Assembly (NCBI RefSeq): GCF_000143415.4
Contig: NW_003314322.1
Location: 745,430 to 809,429 of the forward strand
Length of the DNA stretch: 64,000 bases
Reading direction: 5' to 3'
From: Selaginella moellendorffii
Lineage: Eukaryota > Plantae > Lycopodiophyta
The notes under the pieces are model-generated. The model had not been told where the DNA came from and ran no database searches. It saw only the letters and a list, made by a program, of their open reading frames with translations. Both the position numbers and the translations under genes were made by a program. Of the stretch, positions 49,560 through 60,559 are shown in pieces. Position 1 is the first letter of the stretch; the number at the start of each line of letters is the position of its first letter.

Positions 49560-50630
49560 CTGCATTGCGGATTGATCGTTCCCAACTAATGAATTTGCAG
49601 TTTAAGAGTTGATCAAGCAGCAAACATAGCTAAGCTCACCAAATCTCTTGAAATGGCATGAAATTTTCTAACCACCCAGCATTCGCTGGGCAACTGCTAA
49701 TATATATAAATGGCGTTCTGGAAGGGAAATGGTGTCACGTTTGTTCATCGGCTTCCATACACCGCGATTAATTTCTACTCGTATGAACAGTACAAGGCGG
49801 TAAGTAACGCATCGTTTACTTTATTGTCTGAAATCCTTCTGCTTTCCTGCTCAAATGGCCTGGGGTAAAAAGCAGTGGAGATGACAACTCCGGAGCTCGA
49901 TTGTTTGCTCGTTTCGTCGCCGGTGGTGGAGCTGGAATCACTGCTGCTGCGACAACGTACCCTTTGGATCTCGTTCGAACGAGACTAGCAGCACAGGTGA
50001 GTAGAGCTTGACCGTAGAGAAAGAGATGATGCGAGGGATAGTTTTTCCTTTCTAGGCAATTCCTGAGAAGCTCTTAGCTGAAGTATGGCTTTGACAGAGG
50101 GTTCTTGGGACTTATTTTGCGCCTTCGCAGGTGAAATGACCCCTGTGACTTGCAGACAACCTCAAAGCAGCACACGGGCATCTACCTTTACAAGGGGCTC
50201 TGGCCGACGCTTTTAGTACGTTCTTCGAGAGCTTATTACTGGAACGCTCAAAGGTGGATTTTTTCTTAGTTTCGAGTCCTTGGACTAGAGTGTGAGCATG
50301 TTTACTTCCAGGCCCGAGTCGTCCAGGATGGTGACGAGCTTGATCTCCGGTGGAGTAGCAGGAAGTGCTGCCTCAACAGGTAAGAGTCTTAAGATCGATT
50401 ACGTTTGATCGCCATCGTTCTGTTTTCAGTGGTGTTTCCGATCGATTTGGTGAGTGAAGGATGCAACTCGAGGGCGATCGGAGATGGACACCAGGGATTG
50501 TGAGCGCGCTGAGGCACATTGTTCGCACCCAAGGCTACGCTGGGTTGTACAGGGGGATTTTGACCGAGTACCTCCCGGCCGTGGGGATTGCCTTCATGGT
50601 GTATGAAGTGATGAAGAACATTAGCGAGGG
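49560..50630 (+). pseudogene. Mitochondrial substrate carrier, probably a pseudogene
   Basis: AFWKGNG..HRLPYTAINFYSYEQYK|, TYPLDLVRTRLAAQ|, FPIDLV, GLYRGILTEYL..GIAFMVYE, with deletions and no clear 5' exon. Confidence 0.7.
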
Positions 50631-53040
50631 AGAAGAGGTGAATGTAAATGGTCCCCGAACAGGTGTTGGTCAGTTCCAGAGCCGCGTCCCCGATTTTATT
50701 CCAACCGTCAGATATTCTTGAATCGACGGCCTTGGTTGAATTTAGCAAATATTTAGGGTTCTTGCGATGGATGGGAGCTCGCTTGTTCCGCGGCTTGGCG
50801 ACGGCAGAGATTCGATGCGCCGCACCAGCATTCGCTCCTTCGGCAGCACCGCCGCGGGCGCCCGATTAGCAGGCGGCCACGCTGGTGTCGGCGCTGAAGG
50901 TTGTGGCAGCACAAGGGATTTGCGCAAGGGCAAGGCGATCCAAGCCCAGGCGGCGGAGAGGAAACAGCTGGGGATCCATGTTGTGAATGCGCTGGTGGAC
51001 ATGTACGCGAAATGCGGCAGGATGGAGGATTCCCACCGCATTCTTCACCCAAACGTGACGTTCTGGAACGTTCTGATGCTGGGCTACGTCACGAGTCATG
51101 TGGCTCTGGATCTCTTCGAGAGGATGCAAGCCAGGCAGTCGGGCTGCAAGCCAAACTCCAGGAGCTTCATGGCCGCGGTGAAGGGTTGTAGCAGCCTCGC
51201 GGCAAAGGAAGACACTGTTTTTTGGTCGATGGGAAGCTCGTCAAGGAGGCTAGTCTCGAGACCAGCAGAGGCATCCATTCTCAAGCCAAGCAGATGGGAC
51301 CGTCTTGCAGCGAAGACGTTTTCCTCTCGAGCTCGCTAATCGATATGTACTCCAAGTGCGGCATCATGCTCGATGCTCGATCGGTCTTCGATGAGGTGCC
51401 ACGAGGGAATGCTTTGATACTGGGCTACGTAGAGAATGGAGAAAGCGAGGTCGCTCTCGAGTTCTTTGGGAAGATGGGACTGCTCGCGGACTTTCGTTGC
51501 TGCTGCCAAGGCCTGTGCGAATCTAGCAGTGAAAGAGGAGGCCACTAAAAAGATGGAAAGATGGTGAAGACGAAGAGCCTGGAGAAGGGGCTCGCTGTTC
51601 ACGATGGAGCTGTGAAAAGCCACTGCTGTGGAGATATCTTCGTGGGGAGCAGCCTCGTGGACATGGTACTCAAAGTGTGGGCGTGGTCGACGCGCGGATG
51701 GTTTTCGAGAGCATGCCTCGTCGCGATGTTGTGCTCAGAACGAGCTTGATACAAGGCTTTGTGGACAACGGGGAAAGCGAGATGGCTCTCGTGTTCTTCG
51801 AAGCTATCCGGGTGCTGTCCAAACCTCGAACGTATGTTGCTGCGCTTGCCACCTGTGCGAGTTCGGCAATGCGAGAAGAAGCGGTGGATGTCGACGGGAA
51901 ACTCGTGAAGAGAAAGAGCTTGGAAACTGGGGTGGCTGTCCATGGTGAAGCTTCAAACAACAGGTGCTGCGAGGATGTGTTCGTGGGGAACACACTGATC
52001 GATATGTACGCGAAGTGTGGGAAGCTAGAGGAAGCTCGCAAGGCATGGCTGGCCGAGACGTGGTTTCGTGGAACACAACGATCTAGGGATCTGCTGGAAG
52101 TGGAGACAGCAAGATGGCCTTGGAGCTGGTCTTCGGCATGGCTTGGGAGAACGATCCGGACGAGAGAATGTTTGTTGCTGCGCTCATGGCCGGCGTCCAC
52201 CTTTCAGCGTCCGAACAACCTGTTCCGCGAGAAGATGGAAAGCTACTGCGTATCCAGAGTCTAGAAAAGGGGATGCAGATTCATTCTCTTGCCGCGAAGT
52301 TTGAATGCTGCGAGTTGGGAGCAGCTTAGTGGACATGTATGCCAAGTATGGAGATATGGTGAAAGCTCGAGCAGCTTTCAAAAGCATCCCTAGCCGGGAC
52401 GTTGTTGGTTGGACGAGCTTGATCCAGGGATATGTAGACAACGGTGAGAGTGAGCTTGGGCTGGAACTCTTGGAGAGCATGGACTGTGCTCCAAACTCTC
52501 AGACTCTTGTAGTGAGACTTACGGCCTGTGGGAACGTTGGGTCCAGTGAAGCTGGAAGGAAAATCCAGGCTGAGCTTTACAGCGTGGGCTGGAAGACGAC
52601 CATGTTGTGGGGAAGTGCATGGTAAACTTCTACGGAAGTGCGGAATTATGAGCACTTGTTTGGATCTCTGGCAGTCCGAGATATCGTCGCCTGGAATGCA
52701 CTGATCACAGGATTCGGCCGGGAGAAGATGGTGTGCGATCACGTTTGTCTCGCTCATCACTGCTTGCAGCCACGGCGGCCTGGTTGAACGAGGCAGGGAG
52801 TTTTTCCAGGCAATGGACCCGGACTCTGGTATTGTTTGCGGGATTCATCACTACAGCAGCTTGGTGGATCTCTTCGGGCGTGCAAACCGACTGGAAGAGG
52901 CAGTGACAGTCCTCGAGAGCATGCCTTTGAGAGCGGACGCTGTGGTTTGGAGGAGCGTCCTCGGGGCCTGCCGCAAGTGGAAGGACGTGGAAGTGGGGAG
53001 GATCGCGTTCGAGGCACTGACGAAGATCGACGGGACAGAC

Positions 53041-53180
53041 TGTGGTATTATGAAACGGTGTTGTGTTATTATTATGACGGTTGATACATGGTTAAATGTA
53101 TGGGTTTATCGTGACGATCCGTGGCGGCGTCTGGATCGCTCACGTGGCTGTGTGCTGACGTGGTCTTGTTCACTCCCACA
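53041..53180 (-). repeat. Copia 3' LTR
   Basis: Identical to 57218-57357. Confidence 0.97.
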
Positions 53181-56100
53181 CTCCTCCTCAAGGCCAACGT
53201 CTAAAGTCAGCCCAAGTGCCTTCGTGAAGACTTCATGTTTAACACGAGGAAGTGGTTTTGTTAGCACGTCCGCTAGCATGGAGTTTGTCGGGCAGAACTC
53301 CAGCTCGATCATGCCTCTCTGGATCTGCTCTCGTATGAAATGGAAGCGCAGCTCAATGTGTTTAGTACGAGAGTGGAACCTGGAGTTCTTGGTCAAAGCT
53401 ATTGCAGACTGGTTGTCACACAATAGCTTGACCACGCCCGTGTTGATTTGTAGATCCTGGAGAAGTCCCTTTAGCCACGCTGCTTCCTTGGTTGCAGCTG
53501 CTGCAGCTATGTACTCAGCCTCGGTACTCGACATCGCTGTAATAGCCTGTCGTTTGCTGCACCAGCTTGCGACATTTCCATTTAGCAGGAAAACGTAGCC
53601 TGTGGTTGACTTCCTGTTGTCTGGATCCCCGGCCCAATCAGCATCAGAGTAACCAGCCAGCTTGTTGCCGCTCTCGCCTCTGGAGTACTTTAAAGTTAGC
53701 TGGTTAGTCCCTGCCACGTACCTCATAATACGTTTCAAAGCCTGCCAGTGTGCTGTGGAGGGACGGTCCAGGTACTTCGCCACTGTTCCCACAGCATACG
53801 CAAGGTCAGGCCGAGTGGAGATTACCAGCACTGCGCACGAAACCAAGGGAAATTAGAAAAGAATCTATTTTCGTGTACCATTGGCGTGGCGACTGCTTGA
53901 GTCCGTAGAGAGCTTTGTGAAGCTTGCAAACGAGGTGTTCTTCTCCAGGCATACCAGGAGGCTGAGCCACATACACCTCTTCATCGATGTCGCCGTTAAG
54001 GAACGCAGTACAAACGTCAAGTTGATGGAGCTCGAGATCCAATTCTGCAGCTAGGATTAGTAGCATACGAATGGTTGTGAGTTTCACCACAGGGCTGTAA
54101 GTCTCCGAGTAGTCCAGCCCATGAACTTGAGAAAATCCGCGTGCCACAAATCTCGCCTTGTAGCGCTCAATGCTTCCATCAGCGTTGTACTTTTTCTTAA
54201 ACAACCACTTGGATGAGACGAGCTTTCTGCGAGCTGGAAGTTCAACCAGCGACCAAGTGTTGTTTTTCTGGAGAGAATCATACTCCTCCTGCATAGCTGC
54301 CTGCCAGTGCTCAGCTTCTGGTCCGTGTAAAGCCGCCTGGGGACCGAGAGAGGCAGGTGGAGCCGACAGAGCCCAGAAGTAGGCACGCTTTCCTATAGGC
54401 ATCGCCTCCTTGGCTTTGAGAGATGGTTTCACGACACGACCCGAGCGTGTCACCACTGCTGTGCCGGCTGGAGGAGGTGGCAGCTTGGGAATGCTGGGAG
54501 GAGTGGTGGCATCTTGATATAACTCGTCGCCAACGAACAGGTCAGCCACAAGCGTGGAAAGATCTGGCTGTTCATTGGTGCTTGAGGATGCAGCCGCTGT
54601 GGCCTGTGGAGTCGTCAGAGGAGGTGTCGAAGGAAGAGTACCGTGATCAGCTCCTCCTGCCAGATCGCCTCCTTCGGGCGCTCCTTCAGCAACTCCTCCT
54701 GGCTCTGCAGCGGCTGGATTGTCTGGTGCTGGGTGGAGATGTGGAACGTCGTCCAAAATCTCAGAAAGATCCACCAGAGATGGTGGAGAAACAGGAGGGT
54801 ATCTCGATGAAGATGAGCTTCATCAAACACCACATCTCGGCTCACCACCAGTTTCCTGCGCTGGCAGTTATAGAGTCGATAGGCTTTTACCTGGGTGTGA
54901 TAGCCCATGAAGATGCATTTCTCGCTCTTGGGATCCAGCTTCCGCCGCTGAACATCGGGGATGTGGGCGTAGGCTATGCAACCGAACACCCTCAGGTGCC
55001 CTAATTTGGGGCGCTTCCCTGTCCATACTTGAAACGGCACCTGTCCTGTGGAACGTGTTGGCAGCCGGTTCCGGAGATACACGGCTGTGTTGAGTGCCTC
55101 TCCCCAAAACACCTTGGGCATGCCAGCGTGCTGGAGAAGGCAGCGTACACAGTCCATAAGTGTCCTGTTCAGGCGCTCGGCGACCCCATTCTGCTGCGAG
55201 GTGTGGGCTGCGGTGTACTCGTGGTGGATGCCAGCCTGAGCAAGAAATGCCAGAAACTCCTTGCTCATATACTCACCGCCGCCATCTGAACGTAGTGTCT
55301 GGATGGTACAGCCAGTGGCATTTTCTGCCCAGCTTTTGTAGACCTGGAAGTGATGGTAGACCTCTCCCTTGTGTGCCATGAGAACAGCCACCGCATAGCG
55401 TGAGTAGCCGTCAATGAACGAAACGAAGTACCGCTTGTGACTGAGAGTTGCTTCTGACACATGGCACACATCCGTGTGTACCAGCTGAAGAAATCCTGAG
55501 GCGCCATCTTCTGGACTTCTGCGTGGAAAGGGTAGTCGTGGCTGCTTCCCCAGTTGGCATGTCTCACATACTCCCAGTTGGCCGGCACCGGTGAGGGTAA
55601 AGTCATCAGCAAGCTTGTGGCTAGCAAGTAGCTGGATGTCGTGAGAATTGGCATGCCCTAGCCGAGCGTGCCAGAGCTGGAGAGAGTTGGCAGCCCAGGA
55701 GCTGGGGCGAATTGCAAGCAAATGCCCCTGCTCGTGAGTTGAGAGGATCAACTGAGCATTGAGCTTGTAGAGAGTCTCAGCTCGTCTACCAAAAGCTACT
55801 GGATGGCCAGTCTCGTCAAAGATGGTGCATCCGTCTGCATTGAAGAGTGTTGAGAAGCCTTGATCTGCTGCTACACCAACTGAGAACACTGTCTGTCCTG
55901 CTTCTGGTACGTAGTAGACCTGGTTCACGAGCTTCTCAGCTCCACTCTCCAACTTTATGATGACCGTTCCTTGTCCTTCCACTGTTAAGGGGCATTTGTC
56001 TGCTACAAAGACTTGCTTCTCCTGCTCCAGTGGCCGGTACTTGTGAAAAGCTCTCTTCAATGGTGTGAGGTGCATCGAGGCTCCAGAATCCATCCAGAGC

Positions 56101-57217
56101 ACTTCGGCTTCGGACACAGATGCAGCGAGCGTCATCATCAACATCGTGTCAGGTTGGCGTGAAGAAGAGCTTCTTTCAGCGCGAGCTTTCTCTGCGGCTT
56201 TCTTGATCCGGCATTCACGCTCCACGTGGCCAGCTTTGCCGCGCCCTTGCGTTTTTTATTGGTTGCAAATCCAGGGCTGGGAGAAGGGCTCTTTTGTCCT
56301 CGAACAGGGCCATCTCGTTTCTTCCCACCCGATTGCTTTCCCATGATCAAGGCCTGCTCCACCCGAGCAGCCTGAGAGGGTGCCTTTTGTCTCCGCTCGT
56401 TCTGCTTTCGTTCTTCCTCGATCAGGTCCGAGTAGAGCGAGTCCAAGTCCTTTCCAGGCACAGCCGAGAGCATCGATGCGAAAGGTTGGAGATCAGGGGA
56501 GACAGAGCTCAGAAGGAATGCCTTAGCTTGATCGATGGTGATTGCCGCTTCCGCGTCCTTCAGCTCGGTGATCATCGCTTTAAACTTTCCAATGTAAGTG
56601 GCCATGGTGTCATCAGGTTGCATTCTCATCGTGAAGAACCTTTGTGTTAGCACCACCTTAGCATTGGCAGCTTTGGCAGCGAAGATTTGTGTAAGGGATG
56701 TCCAGTTCTGGTGGGCTGTTTTGGTAAGATCAAGGAGATGAACGAATTCATCCCCAAGACCTAACCCGATGACAAAGAGCGCTTTTCGATTCTTGGAGTC
56801 CCAGTCGAGCCGTTGGGTTACATCCGCAGCAGCCGGACGTTGAGTCGTTCCATCCACTATAGGCCAGCAGTCCTTGGCCAAAAGGATAAGCTGTACTTTT
56901 GTTTTCCAAGTGGAGAAATTCTGTCCCGTGAACTTTTGGAGAAGTTTCTCCCAGCCCCCAGAGTCCCAAGAATTTCCAGAAGACATTCTATCTATTAATC
57001 TAAGAATAGATTAAACAGAGAATTTAGAAAGGACGGCGTGGAGAAGAATCGTGAAAAACTCGGCCGCAACAAGGGTACACCTTCCGGCAGGCTGGGCAAA
57101 GAGCTTGTTGGCGCTTTCGCTCCTGGATCACCCGCGCCAGCACTGCCAAAGCCCTCGCGCGCTCCTGAGCCAAGGGTTCCTGGTGCCACTGTTCTCTCGT
57201 TCGCTGCTCCGATACCA

Positions 57218-57357
57218 TGTGGTATTATGAAACGGTGTTGTGTTATTATTATGACGGTTGATACATGGTTAAATGTATGGGTTTATCGTGACGATCCGTG
57301 GCGGCGTCTGGATCGCTCACGTGGCTGTGTGCTGACGTGGTCTTGTTCACTCCCACA
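57218..57357 (-). repeat. Copia 5' LTR
   Basis: Identical to 53041-53180; adjacent to the PBS. Confidence 0.97.
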
Positions 57358-57405
57358 CAGACTCGGCTGCGTACGTTCTGATGGCAATCGCTCGATGGTG
57401 ATGGA

Positions 57406-59502
57406 TTACGCGAGGAAGGACTGCAGCGGCATGGATGAGCGGTATAAAGTAAAGAAGAAGGTCCATAAGAAAGCACAGAGAAAGGCTGCCATGAAGATGG
57501 CGACGCTGACAAGTGTTGTCACGTCTCTTTGGTCATGTTCGCTACCACCTTGTCCGTCTCTTCTAGGCCTATGCGGCAGCGTAGCAGTGCTCGAACAGGT
57601 GTTGGTCAGTGGCAAGCCAGAGAGCTGGTTCCCAGCGAAGAGAGCCGCGTCCATGGACGAGAGTTGTGGGCTGTCAGGTATCCGTCCCACTAGGCTGTTG
57701 TTGGAGACGTCGAAGGTTGTGAGAAACGAGAGGTCCGCCACGGACGATGGTATGGAGCCATTGAGACGATTGCCCGCGAGCCACACCTTGGAGAGATTCC
57801 TTGCCTTCCCCAGGGACTCGGGAATGGGACCTGTTAGCTGGTTGTGGCTCAGGTCCAGCAGTTGAAGATTGTAGAGGTCGCCAATGGCCGTCGGAATGCT
57901 TCCAGTCAGTTGGTTAGAGGAGAAGTTTATGGATGTCGGGCAGGCAAAGCTGCTGTAGACGAGTCCTAGCATTTTAATGTCCAGCAGAAGCAGTTTGCTC
58001 TTGTGGTAAAGCTGGACGTTGGCAAACAGTCGGCCAATGCTTGCCGGCATCTCTCCCGAGAGCCTGTTATACGAGAAATCCATCTCTCGTAAGTTCGTGA
58101 GCCGGGGAAGCCAGTCCGGGACGAAGCCACTGAAGCCGCTGTTCGAGAGGAAGAGGAACTGCAAAGTCGAGACGTTTTGCAGCATCGCGGGGACTTCTCC
58201 AGAGAGGTTGTTCGAGCTAACGCTGAGGTAGATCAGCGAGCTCATCTTGCCGTAGGAGGCCGGGATGGAACCGACGAGATCATTGCTGTAAAGCGACAGA
58301 TAGCGCAGGCGGCTCAAATTTCCAAAGCTGTCAGGGATATTTCCAGAGAACTTGTTCCGCTTCAGTGAGAGATGGACGAGCTCCGTGCAGTTGGAGAGTC
58401 CGGAAGGGAGCTCCCCACCGATGTCGTTGTAGTTGAGAACTAGCTGCTGGAGATGCGAGAGCTTCGAGAGCTCGCCTGGGATGGTTCCAGTCAAGTCATT
58501 GCTGTCGAGCAAGATCTGTCTGATGTTCGAGCAGTTCCCAAGCTCCGGAGGTATGGCGCCACTGAAACGATTCCCCGTGAGAACCAGCAGCCTCAAGTTC
58601 CTCAAGCTTCCCACCTTCACTGGAATCGTCCCGTTAAACAAGTTTTGCCAGAGGTGCAAAGTCTCGATGCTCGCAAAGTCGCCATCTTCCAGCTCCAGCG
58701 GCCCGGAGAGAGAGTTGTATCCAGCGCTTAAATCCGCGAGCTTGCGTAGCCTTCGCAAGCTCGGTGGCAAACCACCCTGGAGCGAATTGTTGGAAATATC
58801 CAAGTACCTGAGCTCCAAGTTCTTGCTCCAGATATCGGGTAGATCTCCACTAAACCTGTTATACGATATGTCCAGGCGCGTCAAGTTCGTCATCTCCCCG
58901 AAAGTCTCTGGAATGGAGCCGCTGAGTCCGTTGTGCGATAGGTCCAGTACCTCCAGTCCCAGGTTACCACCGATGGAAACGCTCGCAGTCAAGTTGTTGA
59001 TGGACAGGTTGAGCGATCGCAGCGTCGAGCTAAACTTTGGAACTCCGGCCATTGATAAGAAGTTCGCACTGAGGTCCAGGCTTTCCAAACTCTGGAGGCT
59101 GGAGATATTACCCGGGAACTCTCGCAGAGAATTGGAGCTCAAGTTGAGGAGGTTGAGCTGCGTGTTCTTGCAACCAGTGACTTCTAGCGAGGAGATGCCG
59201 TTTTGCGAGAGGTCCAGGCGAGCCAGCGATGGAAGCTCGTCCCAGATGGCAGGAAGAACTCCCGAGAGATTAAACCTAGCCAGAGCGAGGCCCTCCACTC
59301 GGTTGTCCGAGCTCCACTCCACACCCCGCCATGCTCTTGGATTGGCGGTCTCGTTCCACACTTTGATGCCAAGCCTGTCACGGAGAGAGAAAAGAACCTG
59401 TGTGTCGTTCACGATTGGGGATGGATTCGTGGGGCACTGTGACCGGGACCTTGTGGGAAAGACGAGTAGAAACAAAGGCAGCAGCAAATCCGTGACAGAC
59501 AT
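57406..59502 (-). CDS. LRR receptor-like protein (signal peptide, ~20 plant LRRs, island, transmembrane helix, short tail, no kinase), single exon
   Basis: Uninterrupted ~700-aa ORF with LxxLDLSxNxLSGxIP repeats, an FAGNQLSGLPL cap and a hydrophobic helix (VTTLVSVAIFMAAFLCAFLWTFFF). Confidence 0.92.
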   Translation of the reverse strand: MSVTDLLLPLFLLVFPTRSRSQCPTNPSPIVNDTQVLFSLRDRLGIKVWNETANPRAWRGVEWSSDNRVEGLALARFNLSGVLPAIWDELPSLARLDLSQNGISSLEVTGCKNTQLNLLNLSSNSLREFPGNISSLQSLESLDLSANFLSMAGVPKFSSTLRSLNLSINNLTASVSIGGNLGLEVLDLSHNGLSGSIPETFGEMTNLTRLDISYNRFSGDLPDIWSKNLELRYLDISNNSLQGGLPPSLRRLRKLADLSAGYNSLSGPLELEDGDFASIETLHLWQNLFNGTIPVKVGSLRNLRLLVLTGNRFSGAIPPELGNCSNIRQILLDSNDLTGTIPGELSKLSHLQQLVLNYNDIGGELPSGLSNCTELVHLSLKRNKFSGNIPDSFGNLSRLRYLSLYSNDLVGSIPASYGKMSSLIYLSVSSNNLSGEVPAMLQNVSTLQFLFLSNSGFSGFVPDWLPRLTNLREMDFSYNRLSGEMPASIGRLFANVQLYHKSKLLLLDIKMLGLVYSSFACPTSINFSSNQLTGSIPTAIGDLYNLQLLDLSHNQLTGPIPESLGKARNLSKVWLAGNRLNGSIPSSVADLSFLTTFDVSNNSLVGRIPDSPQLSSMDAALFAGNQLSGLPLTNTCSSTATLPHRPRRDGQGGSEHDQRDVTTLVSVAIFMAAFLCAFLWTFFFTLYRSSMPLQSFLA

Positions 59503-60559
59503 AGCCAATACTCCTTAATCAAACCGATGGATCAAAACATCAAAGAGTGGAAAGATGGGATGGTTCGTTAAGCGCGAACGGGGGCAAGGGTTTTTGTGCT
59601 CGGGAGAGGGGGCGCGCGGCAAAGCGGAGCGCGGACAAGAGGAGCTATCGCCGTGGCTGCTCGAACCATGTAAGTTCCTCGATCGTTTGAGATTTTCTTT
59701 TCGCCACAGTTCGACTAGTTGGACTGATCTTCGAAAAAACAATCCGAATCCTGGACGTGTTGAAACATCAAAGGAAGACAAGTCTAAGGCCATGCTTCGG
59801 TATCAATCTTCCATTCGCAGTCTACTTCCGGGCGTCAAGAGCATGCTTTTGGTATGTTCTTCGACGCCAGACTTTTGCAGTGCAGAGCTATATATGGATA
59901 TATGTTATATACATATGACATATATTAACAATTGCCTAGCAAATGCTAGGTGGTTGGCAAATTTGGCCATTTCAAAAGGTTTGCTGAGCTTAGTTATGTT
60001 TGTTGTTTGATCAACTCCACAATTGAAAGACATTTTCTTGACTATTTGTAATCATAAAATTGTAATGCATTTACCATACTTGATTGTTGTTTAAACTCCT
60101 CAAATTCAGATTTCCTATGCTGGAATTTACGAACTCTGCCCATGAGCATTACATAAGCTAGATTAGATCACTATTGAGTTGCATTCTTCCATTTTGAACA
60201 CAAAGAGCCTAAAAAATACTTTCAAGCTCATCTTTGGTGTAGGTGTTGCTATTTGCTCCACAACCTATTAGATAGGTTCCTGGGATGAGCCAAAAACCAT
60301 TATACTACAATAAGAGTTGCACTTAGGAAGCAATAAGATGAAAACTATATCTTTGCCATTAACAGCTTAATAGCACGTTGCCATAACCAAAATGGCACAC
60401 CACCCAAAGCACACCAGTCAATGCTAACTTTGTTGTGGTGTGCACTTGAAACTCACAATTGAAAGCCTTGTATTTGTCAGTCTACTTAAGAATTTCAGCA
60501 TAAACTATATTCACAATGATTATGTGGTATAATTTGTGGAGATATGTTCTTAAGAAAAA

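Larger units (their letters stand above)
53041..57357 (-). mobile_element. Ty1/copia LTR retrotransposon (4317 bp), coding-defective
   Basis: Identical 140-bp LTRs, 5-bp TSD CAGAC, PBS tggtatcggagc (tRNA-iMet-like), PPT; order gag, protease (MDSGAS), integrase, RT, RNase H (YSDADWAG). Confidence 0.97.
50767..57401 (+). pseudogene. PLS/E-class pentatricopeptide repeat pseudogene, interrupted by a copia element at 53041-57357
   Basis: Repeated xxLVDMYAKCG motifs in shifting frames. The E domain HYSSLVDLFGRA..VWRSVLGAC..IDGT resumes after the element as DSAAYVLMA. Confidence 0.85.

Noticed and set aside
57038-57865. 275-aa plus-strand ORF
   Set aside because: Chance read-through across the copia leader, the LTR and the antisense strand of the RLP.
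59935-59950. Palindrome cctagcaaatgctagg as a Helitron 3' hairpin
   Set aside because: No CTRR terminus at the expected distance on the element strand, so the Helitron end is not defined.
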